Source: Candidatus Micrarchaeaceae archaeon (lineage in GTDB: Archaea > Micrarchaeota > Micrarchaeia > Micrarchaeales > Micrarchaeaceae). From it: a stretch of 64,000 bases of DNA. The position numbers and the translations under genes are program-made. Below the pieces are notes generated by a model. The model ran no database searches. It saw nothing but the letters and a program-made list of their open reading frames with translations, and was not told where the DNA came from. The stretch lies in contig JBEKES010000001.1 in NCBI GenBank assembly GCA_050013715.1, positions 14,378 to 78,377 on the forward strand. The letters are read 5' to 3'. Shown one piece after another: positions 36,559-45,246 of this stretch (positions are counted from its first letter, which is position 1; each line of letters opens with the position of its first letter).

Positions 36559-37380
36559 TCATTGGCTTGTGCCTTCTGGCGTTGCGACCTTCTTGTTTAT
36601 GAGCACTTCCACTTCTTCCCTGTTCATTCTGTTTAGTCCTTTCCCGCAGTTGTTGCATTTAAATGAATTTTCAAACGCAGAATCGAACGTAAATAAGAAC
36701 TTGTCTGTTTTGTAGCATGCATCACAAAGGAAATAATCGTCGCACTTTTCGTTTATTATTGATTTTTCCCTTTCCATTCCATCTACATATTCAAGGAAAG
36801 GAGTTAACTTACTTGTATTGATATACCATGCAAATGAAAGCCAGCCTTTTGTGTTCTTTGAAATGTAATAATTAGTAATTCCATAACCCTGCATTATGTT
36901 CAATATACGCCTTATGGCGTTTATCTTCATGCCTAATTGCTCTGCAAGGTATTCATCTGTTTTCGGTGTTGAAAGCATGTCAACAACGTCAACAGCTAAT
37001 TTGCTCACGTTCTTCTTGAGGTATTCAACAGCTCTTTCGTTTGATAGCAAGCTGGTTATTGCAACCTTCGCCTCTTCCGGCTGAGGTATGCTTATGTTTG
37101 TTTTCTTCCTAAGATTTGCCTCCTTCTCCTTGAGCTTTGCGCTGTCCAGCATTTTTATCTTCTGCTCGTTTTGATATAATGTGTTTTTCGGACTTGCTGG
37201 TTTTGTTGCAGGTATTATTGCCTTCTTTTGAACACTAGGTTTTGATTTTACCACTTTCTTTATTGCGATTTTCTTTGCCTTTGCCACAGCCTTATGCATT
37301 ACTTTGACAGGTGCCTTCTTGGCACTGGCCTTTTTTGCGTTAGACATCTTAAAGTTCTTAGTTTTTTTAGTTTTAGTCAT
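36559..37380 (-). CDS. tfe: Transcription factor E (TFIIE alpha) with Lys/Ala-rich N-terminal extension
   Basis: TDEYLAEQLGMKINAIRRIL, GWLSFAW, CDAC...FDSAFENSFKCNNCG. Confidence 0.88.
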   Translation of the reverse strand: MTKTKKTKNFKMSNAKKASAKKAPVKVMHKAVAKAKKIAIKKVVKSKPSVQKKAIIPATKPASPKNTLYQNEQKIKMLDSAKLKEKEANLRKKTNISIPQPEEAKVAITSLLSNERAVEYLKKNVSKLAVDVVDMLSTPKTDEYLAEQLGMKINAIRRILNIMQGYGITNYYISKNTKGWLSFAWYINTSKLTPFLEYVDGMEREKSIINEKCDDYFLCDACYKTDKFLFTFDSAFENSFKCNNCGKGLNRMNREEVEVLINKKVATPEGTSQ

Positions 37381-37495
37381 AGGACACACCAACAGGAACG
37401 CTCGTCGTTATGGTAGATAATATTACGCATTTGAAGTATATATAGGTTATGCTTTTGCACAAATTTCCCGCTTTTGTTTGGGATTATGGTACGCT

Positions 37496-38059
37496 TTAGG
37501 TATTCATGTACTTGTTTTTGCTCGGCCTGAATTTGTGCGAGCCGTATCTTTTCCTGGATATTCCCCTGTGCTTTCTTCCTGCAGAAGTCAATCCACGGAA
37601 TGCGCGTCCCCTTTGCTTTACTACGTTTTTATAATCTGAATTAATTATTGTGGGATTGTCCCTTTCCAGTAATATCACTTCGTAAAACTTTTTCGATCCT
37701 GCTGCGCCTACAAAATAGGAGTTCAGCACTTCAAAATTCGAGAATTTTCTTGAGGCCCTTTCCTCTGCTATTTTCTGCAGTGATTTTACCATTGTGAAGT
37801 ACCTTCCGCTTTTCGAGGGTTTTCTTCCTCCTGCGTTCTTCTTCCTCTTCTTTGATCCGCCATTGACTTTTACTCTTGCCACTATTACACCTTCCTTTGC
37901 CTTGTATCCTAATTCCCTTGCCCTGGCAATATTGGTTGGCTTTTCCACACGAGTAATCGTTGATTCTGTGTTCCATTTTATTATGCGGGCCTTGTATATA
38001 TCGGATCTGCCTTTGTATTCGGATATAAACGTTTGCTTCATTTGCTTGTACATGCTCAT
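37496..38059 (-). CDS. rpl15e: 50S ribosomal protein L15e
   Basis: PTNIARARELGYKAKEG, LNSYFV, RGRAFRGLTSAG. Confidence 0.97.
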   Translation of the reverse strand: MSMYKQMKQTFISEYKGRSDIYKARIIKWNTESTITRVEKPTNIARARELGYKAKEGVIVARVKVNGGSKKRKKNAGGRKPSKSGRYFTMVKSLQKIAEERASRKFSNFEVLNSYFVGAAGSKKFYEVILLERDNPTIINSDYKNVVKQRGRAFRGLTSAGRKHRGISRKRYGSHKFRPSKNKYMNT

Positions 38060-38152
38060 TGACTATCAACTCCGCTAGACATTATTGTAATGAATAATAT
38101 TAACACCTTCAAATTTATAAGAGTATAGGGTAATATTTGTGGCACAAAGAGA

Positions 38153-38860
38153 TCATCTGGACTTGAGGAACGCATCTGCTTCGTTTATGTCCTTTTGATT
38201 ATTGACGCTTACCCAGGTTTCCTTGTCGTTGAGTATGTCGCCGATTATCCTGCCGTTGTTCTGCTTTGCAAGACTAGTAAACAGTTTGTCTTCTATTGAG
38301 CCAGTTTCAGGTATCAGGTCTATGACATCCTTGTTGAATGCATAAACACCCATGCTTACGGGAGTTGTCCAAAGTTTTTCGCCGTATTTGAATTCATTGA
38401 CATTGCCGTTCTCGTCAGTTTTCACCACGCTGAATCTGCAGTAGAATGGCGACAGTGCCATGGTTATGAGCGGCTTTTGGGATTCATGCTTTGCCATAAG
38501 CCTTGAGAGATCCATGTCCGTAAGCTCATCGGCATTCATACCGATAAAATTATCATCGTGAACGTTGCCCCCTATGGCGCACTTGAAGGCATGTGCTGTT
38601 CCTCCTTTCACTATTCTGTCTTCGCTGAAATCCACGCTTAGGCCGAAATTATTGTTTTCTTCCATGTACTCGATTATCTTTTCCTTCTTGTAGCCAACAC
38701 CAAGAACTATATGCTCGATGTTGTATTTTTTTAGCCAGTCTATTATCCAGTACAGTATCGGCTTTCCGTTAACATTTATCATTGTTTTCGGCTTGTCGTC
38801 AGTAAGGGGCTTTAGTCTTGTGGATTCGCCTCCCGCTATTATTATCGCTGTTTTAATCAT
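38153..38860 (-). CDS. Sugar-phosphate nucleotidyltransferase
   Basis: AGGESTRLKPLT..KPK, GGT, NAD. Confidence 0.92.
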   Translation of the reverse strand: MIKTAIIIAGGESTRLKPLTDDKPKTMINVNGKPILYWIIDWLKKYNIEHIVLGVGYKKEKIIEYMEENNNFGLSVDFSEDRIVKGGTAHAFKCAIGGNVHDDNFIGMNADELTDMDLSRLMAKHESQKPLITMALSPFYCRFSVVKTDENGNVNEFKYGEKLWTTPVSMGVYAFNKDVIDLIPETGSIEDKLFTSLAKQNNGRIIGDILNDKETWVSVNNQKDINEADAFLKSR

Positions 38861-38957
38861 ATTTACTGTTTTGTTAGTTTATAATATATTAATTGTGTTT
38901 GCGACAAAATCGTTTCTTTAGACAGGGAAGCAAATGCAATACACTCTTTTCTACTCG

Positions 38958-39155
38958 TTATTTTACGTTTTCCTTTATATAATAGGCTATTACGCTTGTC
39001 ACCCAGGCAATTACCAACCCTACTCCAACTCCCCTAAAGTATATGTTGCCGGTAAGATATCCGATCAAAATGAATATCACACTCAAAACTAACTCAAATA
39101 ATATGAGCGTTGTATCTAAATGATGTTCTAAAAGATTTTTCCTCCATTTCTCCAT
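38958..39155 (-). CDS. Small two-TM membrane protein
   Basis: Two hydrophobic helices; GGTGG RBS. Confidence 0.65.
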   Translation of the reverse strand: MEKWRKNLLEHHLDTTLILFELVLSVIFILIGYLTGNIYFRGVGVGLVIAWVTSVIAYYIKENVK

Positions 39156-39295
39156 ATTTCCACCTTTTATAGTAATGATATACCTCTACTTAAATATCTG
39201 TCCTTTGGTGATATATTTTTACGATTTTATAGGTTATTTTATATGTGGGTTTATCAGGAAACTTAAAATAGAGGTTGCTTCTTAATATTACACAT

Positions 39296-39370
39296 AGCGA
39301 GGTAGGGTAGTCTGGAGTGCCCGCCGGGCTCATAACCCGGAGATCGATGGTTCAAATCCATTCCTCGCTA
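39296..39370 (+). tRNA. Initiator tRNA-Met(CAT)
   Basis: A1-U72, anticodon arm CCGGG-CT CAT AA-CCCGG with three G-C pairs, no intron. Confidence 0.95.
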
Positions 39371-39497
39371 TTTTGACCATGCAGTTCCACTAATCAAAAA
39401 GAAACAAAAACAAAGTAAACAATAATATTAAATTGGTTGAAATAATAACATAATATATATAAGGAAGGCGATTACCGGAACTGCGGGGTGTAGTATA

Positions 39498-39989
39498 ATG
39501 GATGAAAATATCACTTATGATTATTTATGGCAGGCATACCAGAAGGAGAAGCAAACAAATCAATTACTACTAATACCTAAAACATTTTATGAAGATATAT
39601 TCAAATTTGTAAACAATGTTCAAACAAACACAAACTTCAACCAAACAACAAAAGACAACACAATAATGCTTGTAAATGATTTTTTCGAAAAAAGGAAGCA
39701 GAAGATACTGATATACATAGCATACAACAAGCAACTTCCCCAACCCATAAGCAACAACGAACTAGAATTTTACAACAAACTACTTCAGATTGTCAAAGAG
39801 GAAAAGCTAGATTTTGCAGTACAAACAAAAACAAACACAAATTCACTGAAATCAACAAAAGACATTCCAGAGATAATACTACCTTCTGGAAATAAGATAG
39901 GACCTCTTGCAAAGAACCAGATAATAGAAATAGAAAATCAACAGGACAAGTCATATTTGCTGGAAAACACAATATGTGAAATTTATTAA
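39498..39989 (+). CDS. GINS complex subunit (Gins51-type)
   Basis: EK...L..IPKTFYE, KRKQKI, C-terminal B domain DIPEII...IGPL; adjacent to rpl44e. Confidence 0.75.
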   Translation: MDENITYDYLWQAYQKEKQTNQLLLIPKTFYEDIFKFVNNVQTNTNFNQTTKDNTIMLVNDFFEKRKQKILIYIAYNKQLPQPISNNELEFYNKLLQIVKEEKLDFAVQTKTNTNSLKSTKDIPEIILPSGNKIGPLAKNQIIEIENQQDKSYLLENTICEIY

Positions 39990-39999
39990 AGTGAAGAAA

Positions 40000-40284
40000 A
40001 TGAAAATCCCAAAAAACATAATGGTTTATTGCCCAAAGTGCAAAAAACACACAACACACACGGTGAAAATGCCGTCCAAAGGGCCACAGCGCGAACTTAG
40101 CAAAGCAACCAGAAGGCACAACCGCGCCATAAGAGGTTATGTTGGTAGCGTAGAACCCAAGATACACACCAAGAAACTTGGCAAAAGGCAGAGAATCCTG
40201 TTGGAATGCAAAGAATGCAAGTATGTAATAGGAAGAACCATGGGCAACAGGACAAAGAAGAAAATAGAAATAAAGCAGCAATAA
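40000..40284 (+). CDS. rpl44e: 50S ribosomal protein L44e
   Basis: MKIPK..YCPKCKKHTTH, LECKECK. Confidence 0.95.
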   Translation: MKIPKNIMVYCPKCKKHTTHTVKMPSKGPQRELSKATRRHNRAIRGYVGSVEPKIHTKKLGKRQRILLECKECKYVIGRTMGNRTKKKIEIKQQ

Positions 40285-40302
40285 GCTGCTTGGTAAATTT
40301 TT

Positions 40303-41103
40303 ATGGAACAACAAAACGTGCCGAAAGTAGGGGAAATAGTAATAGCCAATATATCTAAGATAAGCAAATTCGGTGCATACTGCAGATTGCCAGAATACAA
40401 CGACCTGGAAGTGTTTCTGCCAGTTAGGGAAGTCTCTTCAGGATGGATAAAAAACATAAGAGAGAAAATACATGAAGGGCAGAAGCTTGTTTGCACTGTA
40501 ATATTTTACGACAAGGAAAAAGGCGCGATAGACGTTTCACTGAAAAGAGTATCTCCAAACGTCTCAAAGGAAAAGATAAGGGTATATAATCTTGAGAAAA
40601 GACTTTCCGCTATTTTCCTTCAATCCCTCAAAATGGCAAAGGAGCAGCCTAACAAAGAGGAATTGATAAAAACAGCATTGCAGGAATTCGGCACATACAC
40701 TAATCTGATAGAAAATGCAACAACCGATACAAAAGAATTTACTCAATCGAAGCTGCCCAAAAAACTCAAAGAGGCAATAATGAAGGTGCTTGAAGCAAAC
40801 AAGAAGCAGAAGCGTCATATTGTCTCATACATTGCAACTCTTTATACCTACAATACGCTTTCCGGCGCAACAGAATTAAGGGGCATAATAACTGCGATAA
40901 AGGAAATGGGTGTAGATGTGAATTATATAGGTGCACCAAAATACAGGCTCATATCCGAGGGTGCCGATTATTCAATTGCTGAAGACAAGATAAACAAAGT
41001 AAAGGAATTGATAAAGGAAAAATTGAAGAAAGGCGTTTTCGAAATAGAAAAAGAGAAGAGAAGAAAGGAGAAAGAAGATATAATGGCGACAATAAGTGTT
41101 TAA
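40303..41103 (+). CDS. eif2a: Translation initiation factor 2 alpha
   Basis: S1 domain, EVSSGWIKNI, KGAIDVSLKRV, YIGAPKY. Confidence 0.95.
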   Translation: MEQQNVPKVGEIVIANISKISKFGAYCRLPEYNDLEVFLPVREVSSGWIKNIREKIHEGQKLVCTVIFYDKEKGAIDVSLKRVSPNVSKEKIRVYNLEKRLSAIFLQSLKMAKEQPNKEELIKTALQEFGTYTNLIENATTDTKEFTQSKLPKKLKEAIMKVLEANKKQKRHIVSYIATLYTYNTLSGATELRGIITAIKEMGVDVNYIGAPKYRLISEGADYSIAEDKINKVKELIKEKLKKGVFEIEKEKRRKEKEDIMATISV

Positions 41104-41104
41104 A

Positions 41105-41908
41105 ATGATAACTAAAACTGTAATAAAAAGGAAAAAAGGAATAAAGGCAAACAAGTCAATACTCGTGGTTGGCCTTCCTGGAATAGGAAACGTAGGGAAG
41201 CTCATTGCAGAGCATCTTAAAAAGGAATTGAATGCAGAAAAAATAGCAACGCTTTACTCTCCTCATTTTCCACATCAGGTAATAATGCTAAAGAACGGGA
41301 AGATACGCCTTGTGAACAACAGATTCTATATTATAAAAGCAAAGAAGCCGAATACCAATGACATAATATTATTGACGGGGGACGCGCAGGCGCTTTCATC
41401 TGAAGGGCAATATGAAGTTAATGCAAAGATAGTCGATTTCTTCAAGCAGGAACTTGACGGGCAATTCATATACACAATAGGTGGATACAACATCGGCGAA
41501 AATATGGCAACCAAGCCTAGGGTTTTTGCCAATGCGACAAGCAGTGAAGTGATAAAGCAGTTCAAGGGCAGCGATGTTATATTCGGAAAGTCAAAAGGAG
41601 TTATCTTCGGTTCAGCTGGTCTTATAATCGCTTTTGCGAAGATGCAGAAAATAGACGGAGTTTGTCTAATGGGCGAAACAGGATTTCTTGAAGTCGATGC
41701 AAGCGCAGCAAAGGCTGTATTGCTCCAATTGTCAAAAAGACTTAACATCAAAACAAACACAACAAACCTTGACAAGATAATAGAGAAAACAGCAAAAGCA
41801 GTGAAGGAATTAGAAGCCCAGATGGGTGGCAGCATGGGCCAGCCGATGCCCTACCCTATTGGCGGAAAAGCAGAAAAGGACGCGCCGCACCCTTCCTATA
41901 TAAGATAA
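41105..41908 (+). CDS. Proteasome assembly chaperone (PAC2) family protein
   Basis: GLPGIGNVGK, YSPHFPHQV, GDAQ, CLMGET, C-terminal YIR. Confidence 0.9.
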   Translation: MITKTVIKRKKGIKANKSILVVGLPGIGNVGKLIAEHLKKELNAEKIATLYSPHFPHQVIMLKNGKIRLVNNRFYIIKAKKPNTNDIILLTGDAQALSSEGQYEVNAKIVDFFKQELDGQFIYTIGGYNIGENMATKPRVFANATSSEVIKQFKGSDVIFGKSKGVIFGSAGLIIAFAKMQKIDGVCLMGETGFLEVDASAAKAVLLQLSKRLNIKTNTTNLDKIIEKTAKAVKELEAQMGGSMGQPMPYPIGGKAEKDAPHPSYIR

Positions 41909-42053
41909 TTATCTAGTGGCGGTATGGTATTATAGTATAATATGGCAAAACATACGATCTATAATTAATTATGGTGCTAATCGGACGTCTGATCTGTGAT
42001 ATCTCAATTGAACCCGTAGTAAATATTATAAGTTTATAATCACCAAATTACTC

Positions 42054-42833
42054 ATGCATAGATTAACCTCTGAAGATAAGAAGATAATCATCGAACCATA
42101 TAAATCTGGAAATAGTCTTGCAAAAATATCTAAATTAATCGGCAGAAGGAAAACTGTTATATATTATCATACAAGGAAACAGTTCGGCAGGAAATATAAA
42201 CTAATAAAATTTAGAATTTCCTCATTTGAAGATTTAGGCGAGTTTTTAGGTGCATTTATAGGTGACGGTAACTTCTATCAAGAAAAAGACTTTAAATATA
42301 ATATAAATTTTTATTTATCTATACACGAAACAAAGCATGCAAAGCACTTATCAAAGGTTATAAAAAGACTTTTCAGTAAAGAACCTAACCTATGGGTTTA
42401 CACAAAAGGTAACATCATTCGGTTAAAAATAATGGGGAAACAAGTATATATTAAACTAAAAGAGTATCTTGACTGGTCGAACGAAAAATATTATACAATT
42501 CATCTTAAATCCAATCTATTAAAACATCCCAACTATGATCTTCTTAAAGGAATCATTAAAGGTGAATTAGCCACAGACGGATCTGTTTATGTACCAAAAA
42601 ATAGAATAGTATTAGGTACCTGCTCAAAATTGCTTAGCGAGCAAAACAGAAGGATTTTGGAAATGTTTGAAATAAATCCATACACATATCCTGTATTCTC
42701 AAGCAAAAATAAACCATTTTATCACATGCACATAACAGGAATAGATAACGTCTCTAACTTCTATGAACGAATAGGTGTCACAGAACCATTACGTAAATCT
42801 AAGATAAAGTTAATATTAAAAAAGCGTCAGTGA
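42054..42833 (+). CDS. Free-standing double-motif LAGLIDADG homing endonuclease with N-terminal HTH
   Basis: LGAFIGDGN and IKGELATDGS motifs; HTH SLAKISKLIGRRKTVIYYH; AT-rich; stop inside tRNA-Gly. Confidence 0.88.
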   Translation: MHRLTSEDKKIIIEPYKSGNSLAKISKLIGRRKTVIYYHTRKQFGRKYKLIKFRISSFEDLGEFLGAFIGDGNFYQEKDFKYNINFYLSIHETKHAKHLSKVIKRLFSKEPNLWVYTKGNIIRLKIMGKQVYIKLKEYLDWSNEKYYTIHLKSNLLKHPNYDLLKGIIKGELATDGSVYVPKNRIVLGTCSKLLSEQNRRILEMFEINPYTYPVFSSKNKPFYHMHITGIDNVSNFYERIGVTEPLRKSKIKLILKKRQ

Positions 42834-42911
42834 TCCAATCTGGTTAAGATTCCAGCTTCCCATTTTTTAAGGAAAAAGCTGGTCATCCGGGTTCAAATCC
42901 CGGCTGACGCA
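42824..42911 (+). tRNA. tRNA-Gly(CCC) with 14-nt intron at 37/38
   Basis: GCGTCAG/CTGACGC acceptor; CCAGC-TT CCC A|TTTTTTAAGGAAAA|A-GCTGG; TTCC/GGAA central helix. Confidence 0.92.
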
Positions 42912-43031
42912 TCTAAATATTCTAAATTTATCTTTTTAATCACTGATCTGTTTTTAATTGTACTATTTCTACAAGACCTAAACAAACAAAAGGTCTAAAT
43001 ATTAGGCAATAAAAAATAATTATGTGATAAA

Positions 43032-43316
43032 TTGACAGTAAAGATAATGATTAGCGGTGCAATAAGCAAGGAACTGCCTCTTCCGGAATGTCTATCTAGG
43101 CAAGAATCACTTAATTTACTTAGGGACATGCACAGAGGAGAAAGTTATACCCTTAAAGAGCTGGAAGAGACCATAGGCAAGTTATCCCTGCGTGTAGAGG
43201 AAATGCACAGAACCCCAAAAAATCACAACACACAAAGAAATTATATTATTAAAATGCGCTCAGTTATAAGGGACATGACTCTTGGAAAAATAAGAATTTA
43301 TATGGAAAAAAAGTGA
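43032..43316 (+). CDS. Hypothetical protein
   Basis: GTGAT-AAA-TTG start downstream of tRNA-Gly. Confidence 0.6.
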   Translation: MTVKIMISGAISKELPLPECLSRQESLNLLRDMHRGESYTLKELEETIGKLSLRVEEMHRTPKNHNTQRNYIIKMRSVIRDMTLGKIRIYMEKK

Positions 43317-43338
43317 AATGTGCTCTTAAAATGCTAAA

Positions 43339-44232
43339 TTAAAAATCATAATTGCACAGGCAGAATTTCGATCTTATCTTCAGATTCGGGTTATTGTCAA
43401 ACACCCACCCAGGATTTGAGTATTCGCTATCGAAAAGATGATCCGATACCTGAGCAATCTCATCGTGCTGCCTATCGCTCATATTTAAAATTTCATTGGT
43501 ATTCAATATTCTGTTCAGCATCGCATTCATAAATTCTATTTTATACTCGTTTAGGTCGACTTTCTTCGCCTTTGCGACTTGGCTGATGTTAGGAAGATGC
43601 CCCAATGCTTCATAATCTTCATCGCATATTCTAAGAACGCTTCTTATCTTGTCCGGGTCCCATTTGCCTATGGCGACAACACCCTGGTATAAAAATGCAT
43701 AATGCTTTTCGTCCTTTTCTATGTCCCATCCGTGCGTATTCTGAGCATGCGCTGCAACTGGCCCATCGTTTAATCTTATGCTGTTGTGTTTTCCTAGTTC
43801 TACTATGTTGTCATTCATTACAATTCCCTTTATTGCATCTGCAACTATCGGGCCTAAATTATTGTGGACAAAGCCCTTGAAGTCAAAACCAAAAGAATCA
43901 CTTGAGGAAAACCTGCCACTAATGCTGTAAGAAAATGTGCTGATATCATCCAGATAAATCGGATCCCCTCCGCTTTTCCTTCTTGAGACTCCAACATCGC
44001 TGAGATTTTCCCTGTTTATGCTGTCCGGATGATCGAATCTCGCAAGTATGATTGACGGCCTGTCAAAATCGTAAAATCGCAGGAAGAATTGGCCGGTTTC
44101 AATGGAATTAAGAAAGAGGGCATCATCTATTGCCATATTTCTTGCAGCATCATGTCTCCCATAACCGAAAAATATTACTTTATTGCTTCCTAGCAAGGAA
44201 AGTTCTTTGCTTCTTGCTGTTTCTTTCATCAT
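43339..44232 (-). CDS. Lipoate-protein ligase A family protein, divergent
   Basis: NMAIDDAL, LRFY, RRKSGG; K(I/V)xGxAQ motif appears as GPVAAHAQ. Confidence 0.8.
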   Translation of the reverse strand: MMKETARSKELSLLGSNKVIFFGYGRHDAARNMAIDDALFLNSIETGQFFLRFYDFDRPSIILARFDHPDSINRENLSDVGVSRRKSGGDPIYLDDISTFSYSISGRFSSSDSFGFDFKGFVHNNLGPIVADAIKGIVMNDNIVELGKHNSIRLNDGPVAAHAQNTHGWDIEKDEKHYAFLYQGVVAIGKWDPDKIRSVLRICDEDYEALGHLPNISQVAKAKKVDLNEYKIEFMNAMLNRILNTNEILNMSDRQHDEIAQVSDHLFDSEYSNPGWVFDNNPNLKIRSKFCLCNYDF

Positions 44233-44239
44233 TTGACCA

Positions 44240-44947
44240 TCAAATAATCATAAAGATCAATATCGCGACAAGTGCGCCCGCAATGCCGCATATGAAATTG
44301 GACGTGTATTTGTTTCCAATGCCTTTTTCCTCATAATAGCCGAAAATTGAATCTACCAAACAGCCAATGAATCCTGCCATGCCTATTACAAGAATTGCCT
44401 TTGCTATGGTAAATCCGTAAATTCCTGCGAATGTGCCCAAAGGTGCTCTTACCACCAACACAAGCGCAGCTATTATGAAAGAACCTATCAATCCGGCAAC
44501 AAGGCCCAGCCAGGTAATTGCTCCAGAGGTTCCTTTCTTGACTTTCCTGAAGCCTAGCAGCATTGTGGGCTGGCCGTCTAATATGCCTATTTCACTGCTG
44601 AACTTGTCTGAAGTAATTGCAGCAACGCTTGCCATGAAGCCTATGGCTGCAAGCAATGCATAGGTGCTGTTGTTGCTTATCATGAACAAATAGAATATAA
44701 CTACCATTATAATTGGTGGCAATCCGTTGGCCAAGACATTCTTGAATCCTCTGGACGATTGCCCAAGGTTGCGCTTCTTCTTGTAGTTCCATCCCATATA
44801 TGTCACTATGGCCGACAGAACAAGGAACGCTATCATCAATCCAAGGAAGAAATAGCCAAGCATAAGCCCTAAAACTATGAATATGACACCGAAGACAAGC
44901 GCAAGCATTACTCCTTTCCAGTCCAAAGTTAAGAAATCCATATACAT
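44240..44947 (-). CDS. DUF92 (TMEM19) membrane protein
   Basis: RGFKNVLANG, DKFSSEIG, GTSGAIT, DSIFG. Confidence 0.9.
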   Translation of the reverse strand: MYMDFLTLDWKGVMLALVFGVIFIVLGLMLGYFFLGLMIAFLVLSAIVTYMGWNYKKKRNLGQSSRGFKNVLANGLPPIIMVVIFYLFMISNNSTYALLAAIGFMASVAAITSDKFSSEIGILDGQPTMLLGFRKVKKGTSGAITWLGLVAGLIGSFIIAALVLVVRAPLGTFAGIYGFTIAKAILVIGMAGFIGCLVDSIFGYYEEKGIGNKYTSNFICGIAGALVAILIFMII

Positions 44948-45055
44948 TCCATTTTAGTGAAATTATTCCGCTATTTAGAAAGATTTTTAAACCTGCATTT
45001 CCTTACCATATTACGGGTTCTCTACTGTAGGAAGGTCGTGAAAAACTGGTCGTCT

Positions 45056-45090
45056 TGCCAGCATGTATTCCATGCTGGCACTTCTTCTTT
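45056..45090 (+). other. Perfect 10-bp hairpin followed by pyrimidine tract
   Basis: TGCCAGCATG-TATTC-CATGCTGGCA then CTTCTTCTTT. Confidence 0.5.
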
Positions 45091-45246
45091 GTTATAAATC
45101 TTTCACTAATAGATAAACCTTAAGCTATTTATTAAAATACCCTAATTATTTAACTAGGGAACATTTAGTTTCTGCTTATGCATAGGCACTGAAAGCCCAA
45201 TTTAAATACTTATTTGTTCATAATTATAACGTAACAACTGATTTTT

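Noticed and set aside
41972..42017. Minus-strand tRNA-3'-half-like string (GGGTTCAA...TTAGCACCA) upstream of the endonuclease
   Set aside because: T stem pairs poorly, no matching 5' half was seen, and tRNAs here do not encode CCA; probably chance
45013..45085. ZTP or fluoride riboswitch
   Set aside because: Only a GGTCGTG resemblance; other conserved elements and a suitable downstream gene are missing
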